DNA of 64,000 nt from Nitrospirota bacterium (GCA_963740085.1 CAVUCU010000005.1:288001-352000), one strand, 5' to 3'. Counted from the first letter of the stretch, positions 12,422-24,431 are shown. The notes: generated from the letters alone by a model not told the origin. A program made the numbers and translations.

Positions 12422-12576
12422 TGAAAAAGCCGCGTCATCGCTTGCCTTTTTTACTTTCACCTTGAATGGATCGTGCGGTCATCTGCGGATACCATGACGA
12501 CGCCAGGCAATGCCGCGTTTGCCATCCCGTGGACATGTTCAAGCGCTGCCCCTTGCGTCTCATGTCAGTTCGCACA

Positions 12577-14148
12577 TTACTCCCACTCGATGGTGCTCGG
12601 CGGCTTGGATGAGATGTCGAAGACGACGCGGTTCACGCCCTTCACTTCGTTGATGATCCGGTTCGACATGATTCCCAGGAGTTCATAGGGAATCTTCGCC
12701 CAGTCCGCGGTCATGCCGTCCTGGCTCGTGACCGCGCGGATCGCGACAACATTCTCATAGGTCCGCTCATCGCCCATCACGCCGACGGTCTTGATCGGGA
12801 GCAGAACGGCAAAGGACTGCCAGATCTCTCTATACAGACCGGCCTTTTTGATTTCCTCGATCACGATCGCATCGGCCTCGCGCAGGATCCTGAGCCGCGC
12901 CTCGGTCACCTCGCCCAGAATGCGGATGGCCAGCCCCGGGCCGGGAAATGGCTGGCGATCGATGATATCGTCCGGCATCTTCATCTCGCGGCCGATGGCC
13001 CGCACCTCGTCCTTGAACAATTCTCTGAGCGGCTCCACGAGCTTCAGCTTCATTTTCTCCGGCAAACCGCCGACGTTATGGTGGGACTTGATGACCGCCG
13101 ACGGGCCTTTGAACGACACGCTCTCGATCACGTCAGGATAGAGCGTCCCCTGGACCAGGAACTCCGCCCCGCCAACCGCATGCGCTTCCCGCTCGAACAC
13201 CTCGATGAAGGTGTTGCCGATGATCTTCCGCTTCTTCTCCGGGTCCTCGACCCCTTTGAGCTTGGCGAGAAACTCTGCTGAAGCATCGACATACTTGAGG
13301 TTCAGCCCCATGTCTTTAAAGGAATACTGCACCTTCTCGGCCTCATCCTTCCTGAGCACACCGTTGTTCACAAAGATGCAGGTAAGTTGCTTGCCGACGG
13401 CCTTGTGCACAAGCACCGCTGCGACAGAGGAGTCTACGCCGCCGGAAAGGCCGCACAGGGCCTGCTTGTTGCCCACGGCCTTCCGTATCTCGCCCACGGA
13501 ATAGTCGACAAAGGAGGCCATTGTCCAGGTTGGCTCGCATGCGCAGATCGTGTACACGAAGTTCCTGAGGATCTGCACGCCCTGCGGGGTATGCGCCACT
13601 TCCGGATGGAATTGGACCCCGTAGAATTTTTTCTTTTCATCCGCCATGGCAGCAGTAGGCGAATTGTCCGTATGAGCGATGGCCGAGAACCCTGCGGGCA
13701 TTTTCTCGATCCGGTCGCCGTGGCTCATCCACACCACAGTCTGGGGTTCAGAGTTCGGGGTTCGGGGTTGTGAAGCAATGCCGTTGAACAGACCTGCCTC
13801 GTCATCTATGATCAGCTCCGCCCTGCCGAATTCACGCTTCGCGGACTTTGCTACCTGTCCGCCGAGCACGTGGGTCAGAAGCTGCATACCGTAGCAAATA
13901 CCCAGAACCGGTATGCCAAGCTCCAGATGCGCCTTATCGATGAGCGGCGCGCCGGCATCGTACACGCTCGAGGGACCGCCGGACAGGATAAGGCCCTTCG
14001 GACGGAAGGCCTTGACCTTTTCAAGGCCTGCATTGTAAGGAAAGATCTCGCAATAGACCCTGGCCTCGCGCACCCGGCGCGCGATAAGCTGGGTGTACTG
14101 CGACCCGAAGTCGAGAATGAGTATTCGTTCACTATGAATGTCGGACAA
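12577..14148 (-). CDS. guaA: GMP synthase (glutamine-hydrolysing)
   Basis: [35 protein letters not shown]. Confidence 0.99.
   Translation of the reverse strand: MSDIHSERILILDFGSQYTQLIARRVREARVYCEIFPYNAGLEKVKAFRPKGLILSGGPSSVYDAGAPLIDKAHLELGIPVLGICYGMQLLTHVLGGQVAKSAKREFGRAELIIDDEAGLFNGIASQPRTPNSEPQTVVWMSHGDRIEKMPAGFSAIAHTDNSPTAAMADEKKKFYGVQFHPEVAHTPQGVQILRNFVYTICACEPTWTMASFVDYSVGEIRKAVGNKQALCGLSGGVDSSVAAVLVHKAVGKQLTCIFVNNGVLRKDEAEKVQYSFKDMGLNLKYVDASAEFLAKLKGVEDPEKKRKIIGNTFIEVFEREAHAVGGAEFLVQGTLYPDVIESVSFKGPSAVIKSHHNVGGLPEKMKLKLVEPLRELFKDEVRAIGREMKMPDDIIDRQPFPGPGLAIRILGEVTEARLRILREADAIVIEEIKKAGLYREIWQSFAVLLPIKTVGVMGDERTYENVVAIRAVTSQDGMTADWAKIPYELLGIMSNRIINEVKGVNRVVFDISSKPPSTIEWE
13741..13770. 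repeat. Heptamer tandem array embedded in frame in guaA
   Basis: ggggttc-agagttc-ggggttc-ggggttg, read as [10 protein letters not shown] on the minus strand. Confidence 0.7.
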
Positions 14149-14275
14149 GGGGAACTCCTTTCAACTCCGGGAAATGACGGCATATTACCCTATGTTGCAA
14201 AGGCGTGTCAATCTGAACATTTCTGTTTGGAAAACTCGCCTTGACAACACTCTCACTCATTGTTTATTATGAATC

Positions 14276-15040
14276 ATGACTCCGGCTGCATATCAGAAAC
14301 TGCGGGATTCGGCGGTGAAATTGGCGGCAACCCTGCCAGTGCCTTCGTTCTACAACGAGCATTCATCGTTCATACGAAGATCGGAGGAAATGCTTAAGGG
14401 GCATGAGCTGATCAGGCAATGCCGGGCCTATCTGGACGAGTCGCAGCTTGAATGCGCCCACGGACTCTGTCATTGCGAGGCCGTGGCGAGGGATGCCGGC
14501 GCAGTCGTTCTCGCGGAGGGTCGACTGCTGAGTATCAGCCGGTCGGAGATCGAGCCGCTCTTTATCGCCGCGATCATCGCGGGCCTTCTGCATGATATCA
14601 AACGACGGGAGCAGGATCACGCGATCCAGGGAAGCATCGAGGCTGATAAAATCCTTTCAACACTTGGAGTGGACGAACGAAGTCGTTCCTACATCACCTA
14701 TGCGATCAGGAACCATGAAGCGTTCAAGACCACCTGCGAGCTCGATGACAAAGCGGGCTGCATGGTAAGCGATGCGCTCTATGACGCGGACAAGTTCCGG
14801 TGGGGCCCTGAGAACTTCAGCACCACGCTCTGGATCATGGTAACTGCGCACAACACGCCGCTTGACGCGCTGCACCGGACCTTTAAGGAAAAGATGAAGG
14901 GTATAGAGAAAATAAAGGAAACGTTCCGAACCGGCACCGGCAAACGGTATGGCCCGGAATTCATTGACCAGGGGCTTACGATCGGAGATGCGATCTATGC
15001 CGAAATGAACATCTTGCTAAATACGCAGATTAGAGGGTAG
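14276..15040 (+). CDS. HD-domain protein
   Basis: HGLCH, LLHD, NH, LYDAD motifs. Confidence 0.85.
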   Translation: MTPAAYQKLRDSAVKLAATLPVPSFYNEHSSFIRRSEEMLKGHELIRQCRAYLDESQLECAHGLCHCEAVARDAGAVVLAEGRLLSISRSEIEPLFIAAIIAGLLHDIKRREQDHAIQGSIEADKILSTLGVDERSRSYITYAIRNHEAFKTTCELDDKAGCMVSDALYDADKFRWGPENFSTTLWIMVTAHNTPLDALHRTFKEKMKGIEKIKETFRTGTGKRYGPEFIDQGLTIGDAIYAEMNILLNTQIRG

Positions 15041-15053
15041 GTCCTCCTGACTC

Positions 15054-15962
15054 CTAATCAATGTCGCCCATCTGCATTTTTTCCTTTTTCCCGTAAACCT
15101 TCCTCATCACCTTATCGGCCTGGTCTTTCCTTGCTTCGACCACGCCTTTTTTGAACGGCAGCGTCTCCTCCGCGAACATGGCTGACCGGAGCCACTCATA
15201 TCCAAGCTTCAGGAGCTCCGCATCGTCGGTACGGACCTTCTCGATCCGCTCGGCCGGGATATCGTACGTCTCGAGAAAACTGCTTCCGAACACAAACTCC
15301 CTGAAATAGTCGGTATTGGTGCTGACCATGAAGAACATCTGGTTCTTGATCTCGGGGAACTCCTTCTCGCCGAATGATTTCTTTTTGATCAGGACCTCCA
15401 TCCATCCGCGGTTCATGTCGTCGTAGAGGTCCGCCTGCTGGTCCTTGCGCCACTCGGCTACGGTCCAGTCCTTGTTCTCCTCGAAACCCTTGCAGTGGTC
15501 CTCTTTGACCATGAAGTAGAACTCGTCCTTGCCGCCCTCAACTTCTTTCTTCCGGAGGGTCGCCATGCCCAGGGGATAGTAGCGGCAGTTGCTCGGCCGG
15601 TCCTCGTACACGGTGCAGCCGCCGGGCGTCACAAAGGGACAGCTCTTCTTTTCATCCGTCCCCATCTTGAGGATTATCACCGGGAGCAGCGTCTTTGCCA
15701 GGATCTCGATAGTGCAGTACTGGTTGATGAAGTCCTCGGTGGTCATTCCGAGCCGCTTCCTGAGGCGCAGGAGGTCGTAGGGCGGCAGTACGATGTTGAT
15801 ATCGCTGCAGCAGGCGGTAAAGCATGAAACATCCTTGTGACAGCGAAACTTGAACCTGCTGTTCTCCGTCAACTTGATCGGCACGACCTTGTCGGTCTTG
15901 CTCTTTTTCAGCGGTTCGATATCGAAATCTTCCGGATGCATTTCTTTTTTCTTATTCTTCAT
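15054..15962 (-). CDS. YkgJ-family cysteine-cluster protein
   Basis: FRCHKDVSCFTACC ... CPF ... CTVYEDRPSNCRYYP. Confidence 0.85.
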   Translation of the reverse strand: MKNKKKEMHPEDFDIEPLKKSKTDKVVPIKLTENSRFKFRCHKDVSCFTACCSDINIVLPPYDLLRLRKRLGMTTEDFINQYCTIEILAKTLLPVIILKMGTDEKKSCPFVTPGGCTVYEDRPSNCRYYPLGMATLRKKEVEGGKDEFYFMVKEDHCKGFEENKDWTVAEWRKDQQADLYDDMNRGWMEVLIKKKSFGEKEFPEIKNQMFFMVSTNTDYFREFVFGSSFLETYDIPAERIEKVRTDDAELLKLGYEWLRSAMFAEETLPFKKGVVEARKDQADKVMRKVYGKKEKMQMGDID

Positions 15963-15980
15963 CGCCCTCTATCCTCTCCA

Positions 15981-16004
15981 CGCAGGCTGAAGCCTGCGGC
16001 TGCC
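15981..16004. repeat. REP-like palindrome
   Basis: CGCAGGCTGAAGCCTGCG hairpin followed by gctgcc, resembling GTAG-type REPs read on the minus strand. Confidence 0.55.
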
Positions 16005-16015
16005 AACATGGTCTT

Positions 16016-16548
<533 letters not shown>

Positions 16549-16612
16549 AGCCTGAAGATAATACCACTTTACGAATAAATTTCAAATGGAGAATCCCGCG
16601 CTGTGGTGTGAT

Positions 16613-16646
16613 AAAAAAAGGCTGCCCCATCAAATGGGGCAGCCTT
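16613..16646 (-). terminator. Intrinsic terminator after hppA
   Basis: AAGGCTGCCCCAT/ATGGGGCAGCCTT stem with T-run on the minus strand. Confidence 0.85.
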
Positions 16647-16663
16647 GTGAAAATGAATGCCGC

Positions 16664-18742
16664 TTACTTGATCAACGGTACGATAAGCAGGGCAACAATG
16701 TTGATGACCTTGATCATCGGGTTGATGGCCGGGCCTGCGGTGTCCTTGTAAGGATCGCCGACCGTGTCGCCGGTCACTGAGGCCTTGTGTCCCTCGCTGC
16801 CCTTCTTGTGCACGACGCCCTTGCTGTCCGTGACGCCGTCTTCAAAGGACTTCTTGGCATTGTCCCATGCGCCGCCGCCGGAGGTCATGGCAATGGCCTG
16901 GAACAGACCGGTCACAATGGCGCCGATGAGCACGCCGCCGAGCGCTTCTTTGCCCAGGAAGAGACCCACCAGGACCGGCACGACCACCGGAAGGAGCGCC
17001 GGGAGCATCATCTCATGGATGGCGCTCTTGGTCACGATGTCAACGCACTTGCCGTACTCCGGCTTGCCGGTGCCTTCCATGATGCCTTTGATCTCGCGGA
17101 ACTGTCTGCGAACTTCCTCCACCACACCGCCTGCAGCCTTAGCCACGGACTCCATCAGAAGCGCGCCGAAGTAGTAGGGGAGCAGGCCGCCGATGAACAG
17201 GCCGCAAAGGACCATGGGGTTCGAAAGGTCGAACAGGACCGTTGTACCGAAGGAGCGTGAATATTCCGAGAACAGCACCAAAGCTGCCAGCGCTGCGGAG
17301 CCGATGGCGTAGCCCTTGGTCACTGCCTTGGTGGTATTGCCGACTGCATCGAGGGGGTCCGTGATATCGCGGATCTCCTTCGGCAGGTGGGCCATTTCTG
17401 CGACGCCGCCGGCGTTGTCCGTGATCGGGCCGTAGGAATCGATGGCCACAACAATACCGGTCATGGAGAGCATGGACACCGCCGCCAGCGCGATGGCAAA
17501 GATGCCGCCGGAGGCTGCGTTCGGCTCGCCGGAGAATCCACCGCCGAGCCAGTATGCGCCGAGGATCGAGGCAACGATCACGAGAACCGGCGCCGAGGTG
17601 GCCTTCATGCTGACCGCGAGTCCGGCGATCACGTTCGTGCCGTGGCCGGTGAGGCTCGCCTGTGCAATGTGCTGCACCGGGGGATATTCTTTAGCAGTGA
17701 AATACTCGGTGATCCACACGATCAGGCCGGTGAGGGCAAGGCCGATGAGGGAGATTAAGAACACGGTATTCGCCGTAAAAACGCCGGCATTCTCGCCGAG
17801 GCCGGCGATAAAGCTTTTGGCCACGAAATAGAAGGCTACTGCCGCGATAATGCCTGCAACGGCCAATCCCTTATACAGGGCGCCCATGATGTAGTTGTTC
17901 TTGCCAAGTCTAACGAAGTAGGTGCCTACGATGGAAGCGATGATCGAAACACCACCCAGCATGAGCGGGAACTCGATCCAGGGGCTGTCCGCGCCGAACA
18001 CGGTCTTGGCGAGCAGCATGGCGGCCACGAGGGTCACCGTGTAGGTCTCATACAGGTCTGCGGCCATACCGGCACAGTCACCGACGTTGTCGCCCACGTT
18101 GTCGGCGATGACGGCGGGATTCCGTGGATCATCCTCGGGGATGTTCTTCTCAACCTTGCCCACGAGGTCGGCGCCCACGTCAGCGGCCTTGGTGTAGATG
18201 CCGCCCGCGATACGGGCGAAGACGCTCATGAGCGAGCAGCCGAAGCCGAGCCCGATGAGGGCGGTGGAGACCTGCTCAGCCGGAGCATAGGTCTTGGCGA
18301 TGAGGTAAAAACCTGCAAGGCCGATGATGCCGAGGCCCACGACCATGATGCCGGTCACGGAGCCGCCCTTGAACGCGAGACTGAGCGCGGCCTGAAGGCC
18401 TTTGCTCGCTGCTGCTGCGGTACGCACGTTCGCGCGGAGCGACACCCACATGCCGATGAAACCGGCGAGGGCGGAACCTACCGTACCGATGATAAATCCG
18501 AGGGCTGCCCACTTCCCGAGTGCGGGAACGAAGAACAGGATACCCACCAGGATCACGGCGACGATTGCAACTGTTCTGTACTCGCGCGCTATGAACGCGT
18601 TAGCGCCTTCCTTCACTGCATTGGAAATGTCGATCATTTTCTGATTGCCTGAATCCTGTTTGTTCACCCAGATCGCGGTTATGATGCCGTAGATGACGCC
18701 GGCAATACCGCAGATCAGCGCAAATAAAATCGTGTTGCTCAT
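16664..18742 (-). CDS. hppA: Membrane-bound H+-translocating pyrophosphatase, K+-independent signature
   Basis: [28 protein letters not shown]; GNTTKA carries Lys at the K+-dependence position. Confidence 0.97.
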   Translation of the reverse strand: MSNTILFALICGIAGVIYGIITAIWVNKQDSGNQKMIDISNAVKEGANAFIAREYRTVAIVAVILVGILFFVPALGKWAALGFIIGTVGSALAGFIGMWVSLRANVRTAAAASKGLQAALSLAFKGGSVTGIMVVGLGIIGLAGFYLIAKTYAPAEQVSTALIGLGFGCSLMSVFARIAGGIYTKAADVGADLVGKVEKNIPEDDPRNPAVIADNVGDNVGDCAGMAADLYETYTVTLVAAMLLAKTVFGADSPWIEFPLMLGGVSIIASIVGTYFVRLGKNNYIMGALYKGLAVAGIIAAVAFYFVAKSFIAGLGENAGVFTANTVFLISLIGLALTGLIVWITEYFTAKEYPPVQHIAQASLTGHGTNVIAGLAVSMKATSAPVLVIVASILGAYWLGGGFSGEPNAASGGIFAIALAAVSMLSMTGIVVAIDSYGPITDNAGGVAEMAHLPKEIRDITDPLDAVGNTTKAVTKGYAIGSAALAALVLFSEYSRSFGTTVLFDLSNPMVLCGLFIGGLLPYYFGALLMESVAKAAGGVVEEVRRQFREIKGIMEGTGKPEYGKCVDIVTKSAIHEMMLPALLPVVVPVLVGLFLGKEALGGVLIGAIVTGLFQAIAMTSGGGAWDNAKKSFEDGVTDSKGVVHKKGSEGHKASVTGDTVGDPYKDTAGPAINPMIKVINIVALLIVPLIK

Positions 18743-18922
18743 TAGATCTCCTCCTTTTAAGTTGATTTATAATACAATAACGTCAGTCTCAATAATTGCG
18801 GGCCGCCGCATATGCGGTCAGCCTGTGGTACCGAATCGAATCTTTTTGCTCCTTCGGCATCCCTCCCTTTCAAGCTCACGAAGCAGGGCACCGCGCCGTG
18901 CCCTTGTGCCCTTGCCCGATAT

Positions 18923-19360
18923 TTAAACCTCGAATTTGCCGCCGATCATGTCTTTCAGATAGATATTTTCCGCCTTCAAGTTCTTCACCAGCACCCGGAC
19001 CACGTCCCGCATGGACAGGAGCCCCACCAGGCCGCTCTCTTCTATGACAGGAGTATGGCGGATATTGTTCTGGATCATGATCGCCATAACGTAGTCCAGA
19101 TCATCGCCGGGCTTGACCACAAGCAGGTTTGTGCTCATGACGTTCTTGATGGTCACATCCTTGCACTGGTGCGACTCGTCCGCGGCGTTCTTGACGATAT
19201 CGCGTTCCGTGACGATCCCGACGAGTGACCCCCGGTCCATGACCAGAAGCGCCCCGATGTTGCACTCCGCCATCTGCTTTGCCGCATCGAGCAGCGACCG
19301 GTCGCCCGTGATGCTGAAACACTCCAGTCCCTTGATGCTTAATAGTTCTTTTACTTTCAT
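18923..19360 (-). CDS. Stand-alone CBS-pair protein
   Basis: LVGIVTERD and LVGLLSMRD CBS motifs. Confidence 0.9.
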   Translation of the reverse strand: MKVKELLSIKGLECFSITGDRSLLDAAKQMAECNIGALLVMDRGSLVGIVTERDIVKNAADESHQCKDVTIKNVMSTNLLVVKPGDDLDYVMAIMIQNNIRHTPVIEESGLVGLLSMRDVVRVLVKNLKAENIYLKDMIGGKFEV

Positions 19361-19395
19361 GGGGTTCTCCACTCAACTAAGGAACAGACTGCTTT

Positions 19396-19567
19396 TTGTC
19401 GGTCTCGTAAAAATTGGAATATGGCGTTTTCCGTCATTCTCGTGGAAACGGGAATCCAGTCTTGTTAAGCAGCTGCCTGCAACTCGATGCACGCCCCCCG
19501 CTTTCACGGGGCACGTTTATCCCCGCGAAGGCGGGAATGGGTATGGCGACTTTTTACGAATGTATCA
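19396..19567. mobile_element. MITE-like element: ~20-bp imperfect terminal inverted repeats around a GTCATTC..GGGAATCC-type palindrome
   Basis: Left ttgtcggtctcgtaaaaatt, right gactttttacgaatgtatca; internal gtcattctcgtggaaacgggaatccag and ccccgcgaaggcgggaat; right end contains the qmoC TGA stop. Confidence 0.6.
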
Positions 19568-20728
19568 CTTCTTGTCGCGGCCGCTGTTTTTCGCAAAGAC
19601 CATCGCGGTCGTGCGATAGAAAAGATGAGCGAACTTCGAATACGGCGCGTAGGCGAACAACGACCAGATGAACACGAGGTGAAAATAATATACAACATAT
19701 CCGGCATTCATATCAGCCAGCCGGAGCGCCCAGGAAAGCATCCCGGTCGCGCCGACGCCGAACACGATCAACAGGAAGATCCAGTCGAAATAGGACCCGA
19801 GGCCCGCCTTGCCGGCCTTTGCAAACCGATTGTACAGGATGATGAGGATGCCCGCCGCGAACGCGATCGAGCTTATCAGCGCCAGGATCTTCACCGGATC
19901 GGTGATCGGATAGGGTGACTCGCCGAAGTGAAACGGACCGACCGGCTGGAGACCAAACAACTCATTTCCATAGAGATAGCCGACAGCCCACATCGTGACG
20001 AGCGTAAGCCCTGCGAATGAATAGAACAGGAGCAGGTGGCCCCACTGCCGGAGGCGGTTCACATTGCAGTCAGCAAACTTCGAATGGGCCAGGATGGTCG
20101 TTACGGAGGAGATGATGTCTCCTACGAGGCTGCCGCTGGACTGCATCTCCCCTGCCTGCGCCTTCATCCCTGCCCAGAGCCGCTTGATTCCCACGAAGGC
20201 TGATATCACCGCGAAGATCGCCGTGAGCGTGAATGTCACGTCAATCTGGGGGAACACCGGCATAAACAAATGATATGCCATTTCCCCTTCCGCGTTCCGC
20301 GGCACTCCGCTGAAGCTCTTATAAGGCATGATGAGATAGAAAAGCACCATGGGGATCGCGAACAGGACCGGCAGAAGCGCCGCCTCAGTCGCCATCTTGG
20401 CGAAGAAGGGGATCATCGCCACGTGCTTGATGCTCTGTTTGCGTATCGCATTCAAGACCTCGCCGGGCTTTGCACCGCGCGGGCAGTAGGCCGTACAGTC
20501 GCTGCACTGGTGGCACAGCCACACGTCGGCGCTTGTGATAAGCTTGTCCTTCTGGCCCCACTGGGCCAGGACCATCTCCTTGCGCGGGAATGGGTTTCCC
20601 TCCGGCGTGACGTTGCAGACCACCGAGCAGGTCGCGCACTGGTAGCACTTCTTCAGGGACTCGCCGCCGCCCTTGATGATCTCGTTCACGAACGCTAAAT
20701 CCGGTTTAATGACCGTTGCTTCTGACAT
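19565..20728 (-). CDS. qmoC: Quinone-interacting membrane-bound oxidoreductase subunit C
   Basis: CYQCATCSVVC and CHQCSDCTAYCP clusters, TM domain with YSKFAH; follows qmoB. Confidence 0.95.
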   Translation of the reverse strand: MSEATVIKPDLAFVNEIIKGGGESLKKCYQCATCSVVCNVTPEGNPFPRKEMVLAQWGQKDKLITSADVWLCHQCSDCTAYCPRGAKPGEVLNAIRKQSIKHVAMIPFFAKMATEAALLPVLFAIPMVLFYLIMPYKSFSGVPRNAEGEMAYHLFMPVFPQIDVTFTLTAIFAVISAFVGIKRLWAGMKAQAGEMQSSGSLVGDIISSVTTILAHSKFADCNVNRLRQWGHLLLFYSFAGLTLVTMWAVGYLYGNELFGLQPVGPFHFGESPYPITDPVKILALISSIAFAAGILIILYNRFAKAGKAGLGSYFDWIFLLIVFGVGATGMLSWALRLADMNAGYVVYYFHLVFIWSLFAYAPYSKFAHLFYRTTAMVFAKNSGRDKK

Positions 20729-20766
20729 ATATTCAATCCTCCGATTACTTTTTAGGAGTTGTTTTT

Positions 20767-20803
20767 ACCCTGAACCCTGAACTCTGAACTTTGTACTCTG
20801 CCC
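20767..20803. repeat. Tandem heptamer array (ACYCTGA type)
   Basis: accctga-accctga-actctga-actttgt-actctgc between qmoB and qmoC. Confidence 0.75.
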
Positions 20804-20808
20804 CTAAC

Positions 20809-23043
20809 CTACATGGTCCTGAACGGATTCGGTCCGATCTCTCTGATCCTGGTAGCAAACTCATTGAGCAGGTCCGGCAGCTTCTCATACTCGTTGATGG
20901 CCACCTGCATGAGCTGGACGCGCTCGGACTCGAGCTGCAGCCGGTTCAGGGTCTCACTCACCTTGCTGAAGCGAGTGTTCGCGAGCTCGCTGCCCTTAAC
21001 AAAATGGCACTGATAGTTCTCGCCGTACTTGCAGCCGAGAAGCAGCATGCCGTCGGCGCCCTTGGAAAGCGCGTCTGCCACCCAAACGAGGTTCATGCCG
21101 CCCAGGCAGCGCATGGAAATAAACCTGAATGCCGGATCGATCTTCTTTCCGGCAATAGCCGCTGTGTCGAGCGCCGGGTAGGAGTCGTTCTCGCAGACCA
21201 GGCAGATGATCGTCGGCTTGTCCTCATCATCGGAGTATTCCACAGCTTTGAGCATGGACCCGATGATATCAACGCTGTAATCCTTGAAGGAGACGATGCG
21301 CTCGGGGCAGGCACCCATGCAGGTGCCGCAGCGGCGGCAGCGGTTGAGGTTGTATTTGGGGATGCCCTTCTCGTCCTCGTCGATGGCGCCGAAGGGGCAC
21401 TCTTCCGTGCACCGTTTGCAGGCCGTGCATTTGATGAGCAGCGGATCGGGGAACGTGACGTCCCAGGCCCGGGGATGGACCGCAACGCCGCGTGCCACAT
21501 GGTCCATGGCCTGAATGGCCTTGAACGCAGCTCCCGCACCGTCCTCCTGCGCCTCTGCCATGTTCATGGGCTGGTGTACGCCTCCGGCCGCATAGATACC
21601 GGTCCTGCGGGTCTCGTACTGGAAGCATATAAAGTTCGAATCAGCGAAACCCGAAGCCCCTTCGAGGGTCGGGATTTCAGGCCCCTGACGGTACCCGAGG
21701 TTGATGATGTAATCCGGCTTCGGGGTCTGCTCAAGGTAATTCTTTTTCGCTTCGTCTCCCCCGGCGGACGCGGCGGTCAGACCGTCGGCATATTCCTGCG
21801 GCGCACGCGAGGTCGGGACCATACCCGTGGCCAGGACCACGAGGTCCGCCTCCACCTTTACCTTCTCGCCGGTCTTTGCGCCAAAGAGGGTGTTTTCCAT
21901 CTCCACGAACATGTTGCCGTTCCCGGCATCGGTCACGCCAAGCACGTCGGCCTTGGTGAGCATCACGCCAGGATTGTTCTGGGCTTCTTTGTAGTAGAGC
22001 TCGGTCCTGCCCGGGGTCCGGATGTCCTTGTAGAAGATCATGGCAAGGGCATCTTCATTCTGGCGTACATACTGTGCCTGTTTGAGAGACGTGGCACAGC
22101 ACATGGAGGAGCAATAAGGAAGATGGTTCGGATCGCGCTGACCCGCGCACTGGATGAAGGCGACCTTCATTGCCGGCTTACCGTCAGACGGTCTCAGCAG
22201 CTTGCCGCCATTCTTCTTCGCGATCTCTTCGAGCTCGAAGTTCGTTACCACGTTCTTCATCTTGCCGTAGCCAAGGTAGTCGAGCTTGTTCGCATCATAG
22301 GGTTTCCAGCCCGAGGCCATGACAATGGCCCCTATCTTCATGGTCTCGCCGTTCGACAGCGTCACGTCATAGAGGCCGGGCTGGCCGTCGGTCTTTGAAA
22401 CCGTTGTTGACTTGTACACCTTGATGTTCGGGCTGTTCTCTACCTCGCTCACGGTCTTGGCAATGTCGGTGTCCACGATGAGCGGCTTGTTGATGTAGGA
22501 GCCGGTCGGGATCTTCTTGTACAGCTTGTTCACAAAACCGCCGAGCTGGGCATCCTTCTCAACAAGGACCACCTTCTGGCCCGCGTCTGCCGCGGAGAGC
22601 GCCGCGGCCATGCCGGCAGTACCGCCGCCAATCACGAGGATCGTATTATTCAGGTCCGGAAGGATGTTCGGTTCCGGCAGTTCGGACTTCTGCGCCTTCA
22701 CAATGCCCATGCTGATATAGTCGTAGGCGGCATCGTTCGTTTCGTCCGTGTTCGGCTCCATGGTCCAAGCAACGAATTCGCGGATGTTGACCCGCTCTAC
22801 CAGGGCGCCGGGAAGGTCGAACTCTTCAAATTTTATGCGGGGTGAACAGGCGGCGATAATAAGCGTGTTCACACCGTCCTTCGCCATATCATCCTTGATC
22901 ATCTGTAAGCCTTCAGGGCTGCAGAGAACATCGTGGAACTTGGTATTCTGGAGCTTCTTGGCGGCGCCGGCGACCTTCTCAACATCCATCGCGTCCTTGA
23001 TGCCGCATCCCTTGCAGATATATACGCCGAATTTCTTCTCCAT
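20809..23043 (-). CDS. qmoB: QmoB (HdrA-like flavoprotein with ferredoxin and MvhD-like domains)
   Basis: GGGTAG FAD motif, QCAGQRD..YCS, CTACKRCTEEC / CRRCGTCMGAC, C-terminal RCLG...GC..C. Confidence 0.96.
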   Translation of the reverse strand: MEKKFGVYICKGCGIKDAMDVEKVAGAAKKLQNTKFHDVLCSPEGLQMIKDDMAKDGVNTLIIAACSPRIKFEEFDLPGALVERVNIREFVAWTMEPNTDETNDAAYDYISMGIVKAQKSELPEPNILPDLNNTILVIGGGTAGMAAALSAADAGQKVVLVEKDAQLGGFVNKLYKKIPTGSYINKPLIVDTDIAKTVSEVENSPNIKVYKSTTVSKTDGQPGLYDVTLSNGETMKIGAIVMASGWKPYDANKLDYLGYGKMKNVVTNFELEEIAKKNGGKLLRPSDGKPAMKVAFIQCAGQRDPNHLPYCSSMCCATSLKQAQYVRQNEDALAMIFYKDIRTPGRTELYYKEAQNNPGVMLTKADVLGVTDAGNGNMFVEMENTLFGAKTGEKVKVEADLVVLATGMVPTSRAPQEYADGLTAASAGGDEAKKNYLEQTPKPDYIINLGYRQGPEIPTLEGASGFADSNFICFQYETRRTGIYAAGGVHQPMNMAEAQEDGAGAAFKAIQAMDHVARGVAVHPRAWDVTFPDPLLIKCTACKRCTEECPFGAIDEDEKGIPKYNLNRCRRCGTCMGACPERIVSFKDYSVDIIGSMLKAVEYSDDEDKPTIICLVCENDSYPALDTAAIAGKKIDPAFRFISMRCLGGMNLVWVADALSKGADGMLLLGCKYGENYQCHFVKGSELANTRFSKVSETLNRLQLESERVQLMQVAINEYEKLPDLLNEFATRIREIGPNPFRTM

Positions 23044-23045
23044 CC

Positions 23046-24296
23046 TTATTTCCTCCTCAAGCTCTGGATGCTCTTCATCACCACACCCGTTGCATCCTGC
23101 GCAGACCGCGCCACATCAACGGGGGTCTTGAGCGTGCCGGTCGCATAGATGCCCTTCGGCAGCGTTGCCTGGTCTACAAACCCGTCGTCGGTCACCGGGA
23201 TACCAGCGCCGGCGAGTGATCTCGACGTGGCCTCCATGCCCGTGGCCAGGACAACCATGTCAAAGGTCTCGGAGACCTTGCTGCCGCCCATGATGTCCTC
23301 GGCGGTAACGGTTACATCGCCGTTCTGTGCCTGCTCGACCTTGGCGACCTTGCCCTTGAGGAAGGACACATTTTGGTCTTCCTTGATCTTGGTGTAGAAC
23401 CGGTTCTCATAGAGGCCGGGAGTGCGGATGTCGATATAGTATATTTTGACCTTTGAATCGGGATACAGCTCCCGCACATAACTGGCCTGCTTGAGCGAGG
23501 CCAGGCAGCAGATATAGGAACAATGGGCCAGGTGGTTCTCGTCACGCGACCCTGCACACTGCACGAAAGCGATGTTCTTCACCTCTTTGCCGTCGGACGG
23601 CCGCACGATCTTGCCGCCCGTGGGTCCGTTGGGGGCTGCGATGCGTTCCATCATCATGTTGGTGATGACGTTCTGGACCGTGCCGAAGCCGAGGTTGTCC
23701 ATCTTCGTGGCGTCGTAGGGATTCCAGCCCGTTGCCATGACCACTGCGCCGACCTTTACGGTCACGGTCTCGGGCTTCATGTCGAGGTGGATCGCGTCGT
23801 ACTTGCAGGCCTCGGCGCACTTTCCGCAGGCCGCGCCCTTGCAGACCTTGCTGTCGATGACGTACTGGAGCGGGAACGCCTGGTTGTGCGGGAGATACGC
23901 CGCCTTCGTCTTGCTCATACCGAAATCGAAATCGTTGGACCGCTCTATCTCGCAGGCCTCTGCGCACTTGTTGCAGCCCGTGCACTTGTCGTTCACGAAC
24001 CTGGGCTGTACCTTGATGGTAACGTCGAAGTTGCCTTCCGCGCCGGAGATCTTTTCTACCTCCGCCATGGTATAGATCTTCACCTGGCCGTTGTTCTTGA
24101 TGCGCTTGTACTGGATCTCGAGGCCGCAGTTCGGCGGGCACATCTTCCAGAAATATTTGTTCAGCTGCGTCACCCGGCCGCCGAGATAGGGGTTCTTTTC
24201 AACGATGATGACATCAGAGCCCGCTTCTGCGGCTTCTACTGCTGCCGTGAGGCCGCTGAACCCCCCGCCGACAACCAATAACCTGTTTTCCGCCAT
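23046..24296 (-). CDS. qmoA: QmoA (HdrA-like flavoprotein)
   Basis: GGGFSG, KMCPPNCGLE, QCAGSRD; follows aprA. Confidence 0.96.
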   Translation of the reverse strand: MAENRLLVVGGGFSGLTAAVEAAEAGSDVIIVEKNPYLGGRVTQLNKYFWKMCPPNCGLEIQYKRIKNNGQVKIYTMAEVEKISGAEGNFDVTIKVQPRFVNDKCTGCNKCAEACEIERSNDFDFGMSKTKAAYLPHNQAFPLQYVIDSKVCKGAACGKCAEACKYDAIHLDMKPETVTVKVGAVVMATGWNPYDATKMDNLGFGTVQNVITNMMMERIAAPNGPTGGKIVRPSDGKEVKNIAFVQCAGSRDENHLAHCSYICCLASLKQASYVRELYPDSKVKIYYIDIRTPGLYENRFYTKIKEDQNVSFLKGKVAKVEQAQNGDVTVTAEDIMGGSKVSETFDMVVLATGMEATSRSLAGAGIPVTDDGFVDQATLPKGIYATGTLKTPVDVARSAQDATGVVMKSIQSLRRK

Positions 24297-24334
24297 GGTA
24301 TCTTATTCCTCCTTAAAGGCAGTGCGCACGACAT

Positions 24335-24431
24335 AATTGCAAAGTGCAGATTGGAAATTTAAAATTTAAAATTATAATGCAGGCAGGTCGTTTATTTTAC
24401 CATTTAAAATTTGCAATCTTCAATTTGCAAT
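24335..24431. repeat. Heptamer-periodic inverted-repeat element (AT-rich type)
   Basis: attgcaa-agtgcag-attggaa-atttaaa ... tttaaaa-tttgcaa-tcttcaa-tttgcaa. Confidence 0.8.

Noticed and set aside
11834-12576. Region downstream of the guaA 3' end as an integrated island (guaA is a known integration hotspot)
   Set aside because: No integrase and no duplicated guaA 3' end seen; only weak short ORFs.
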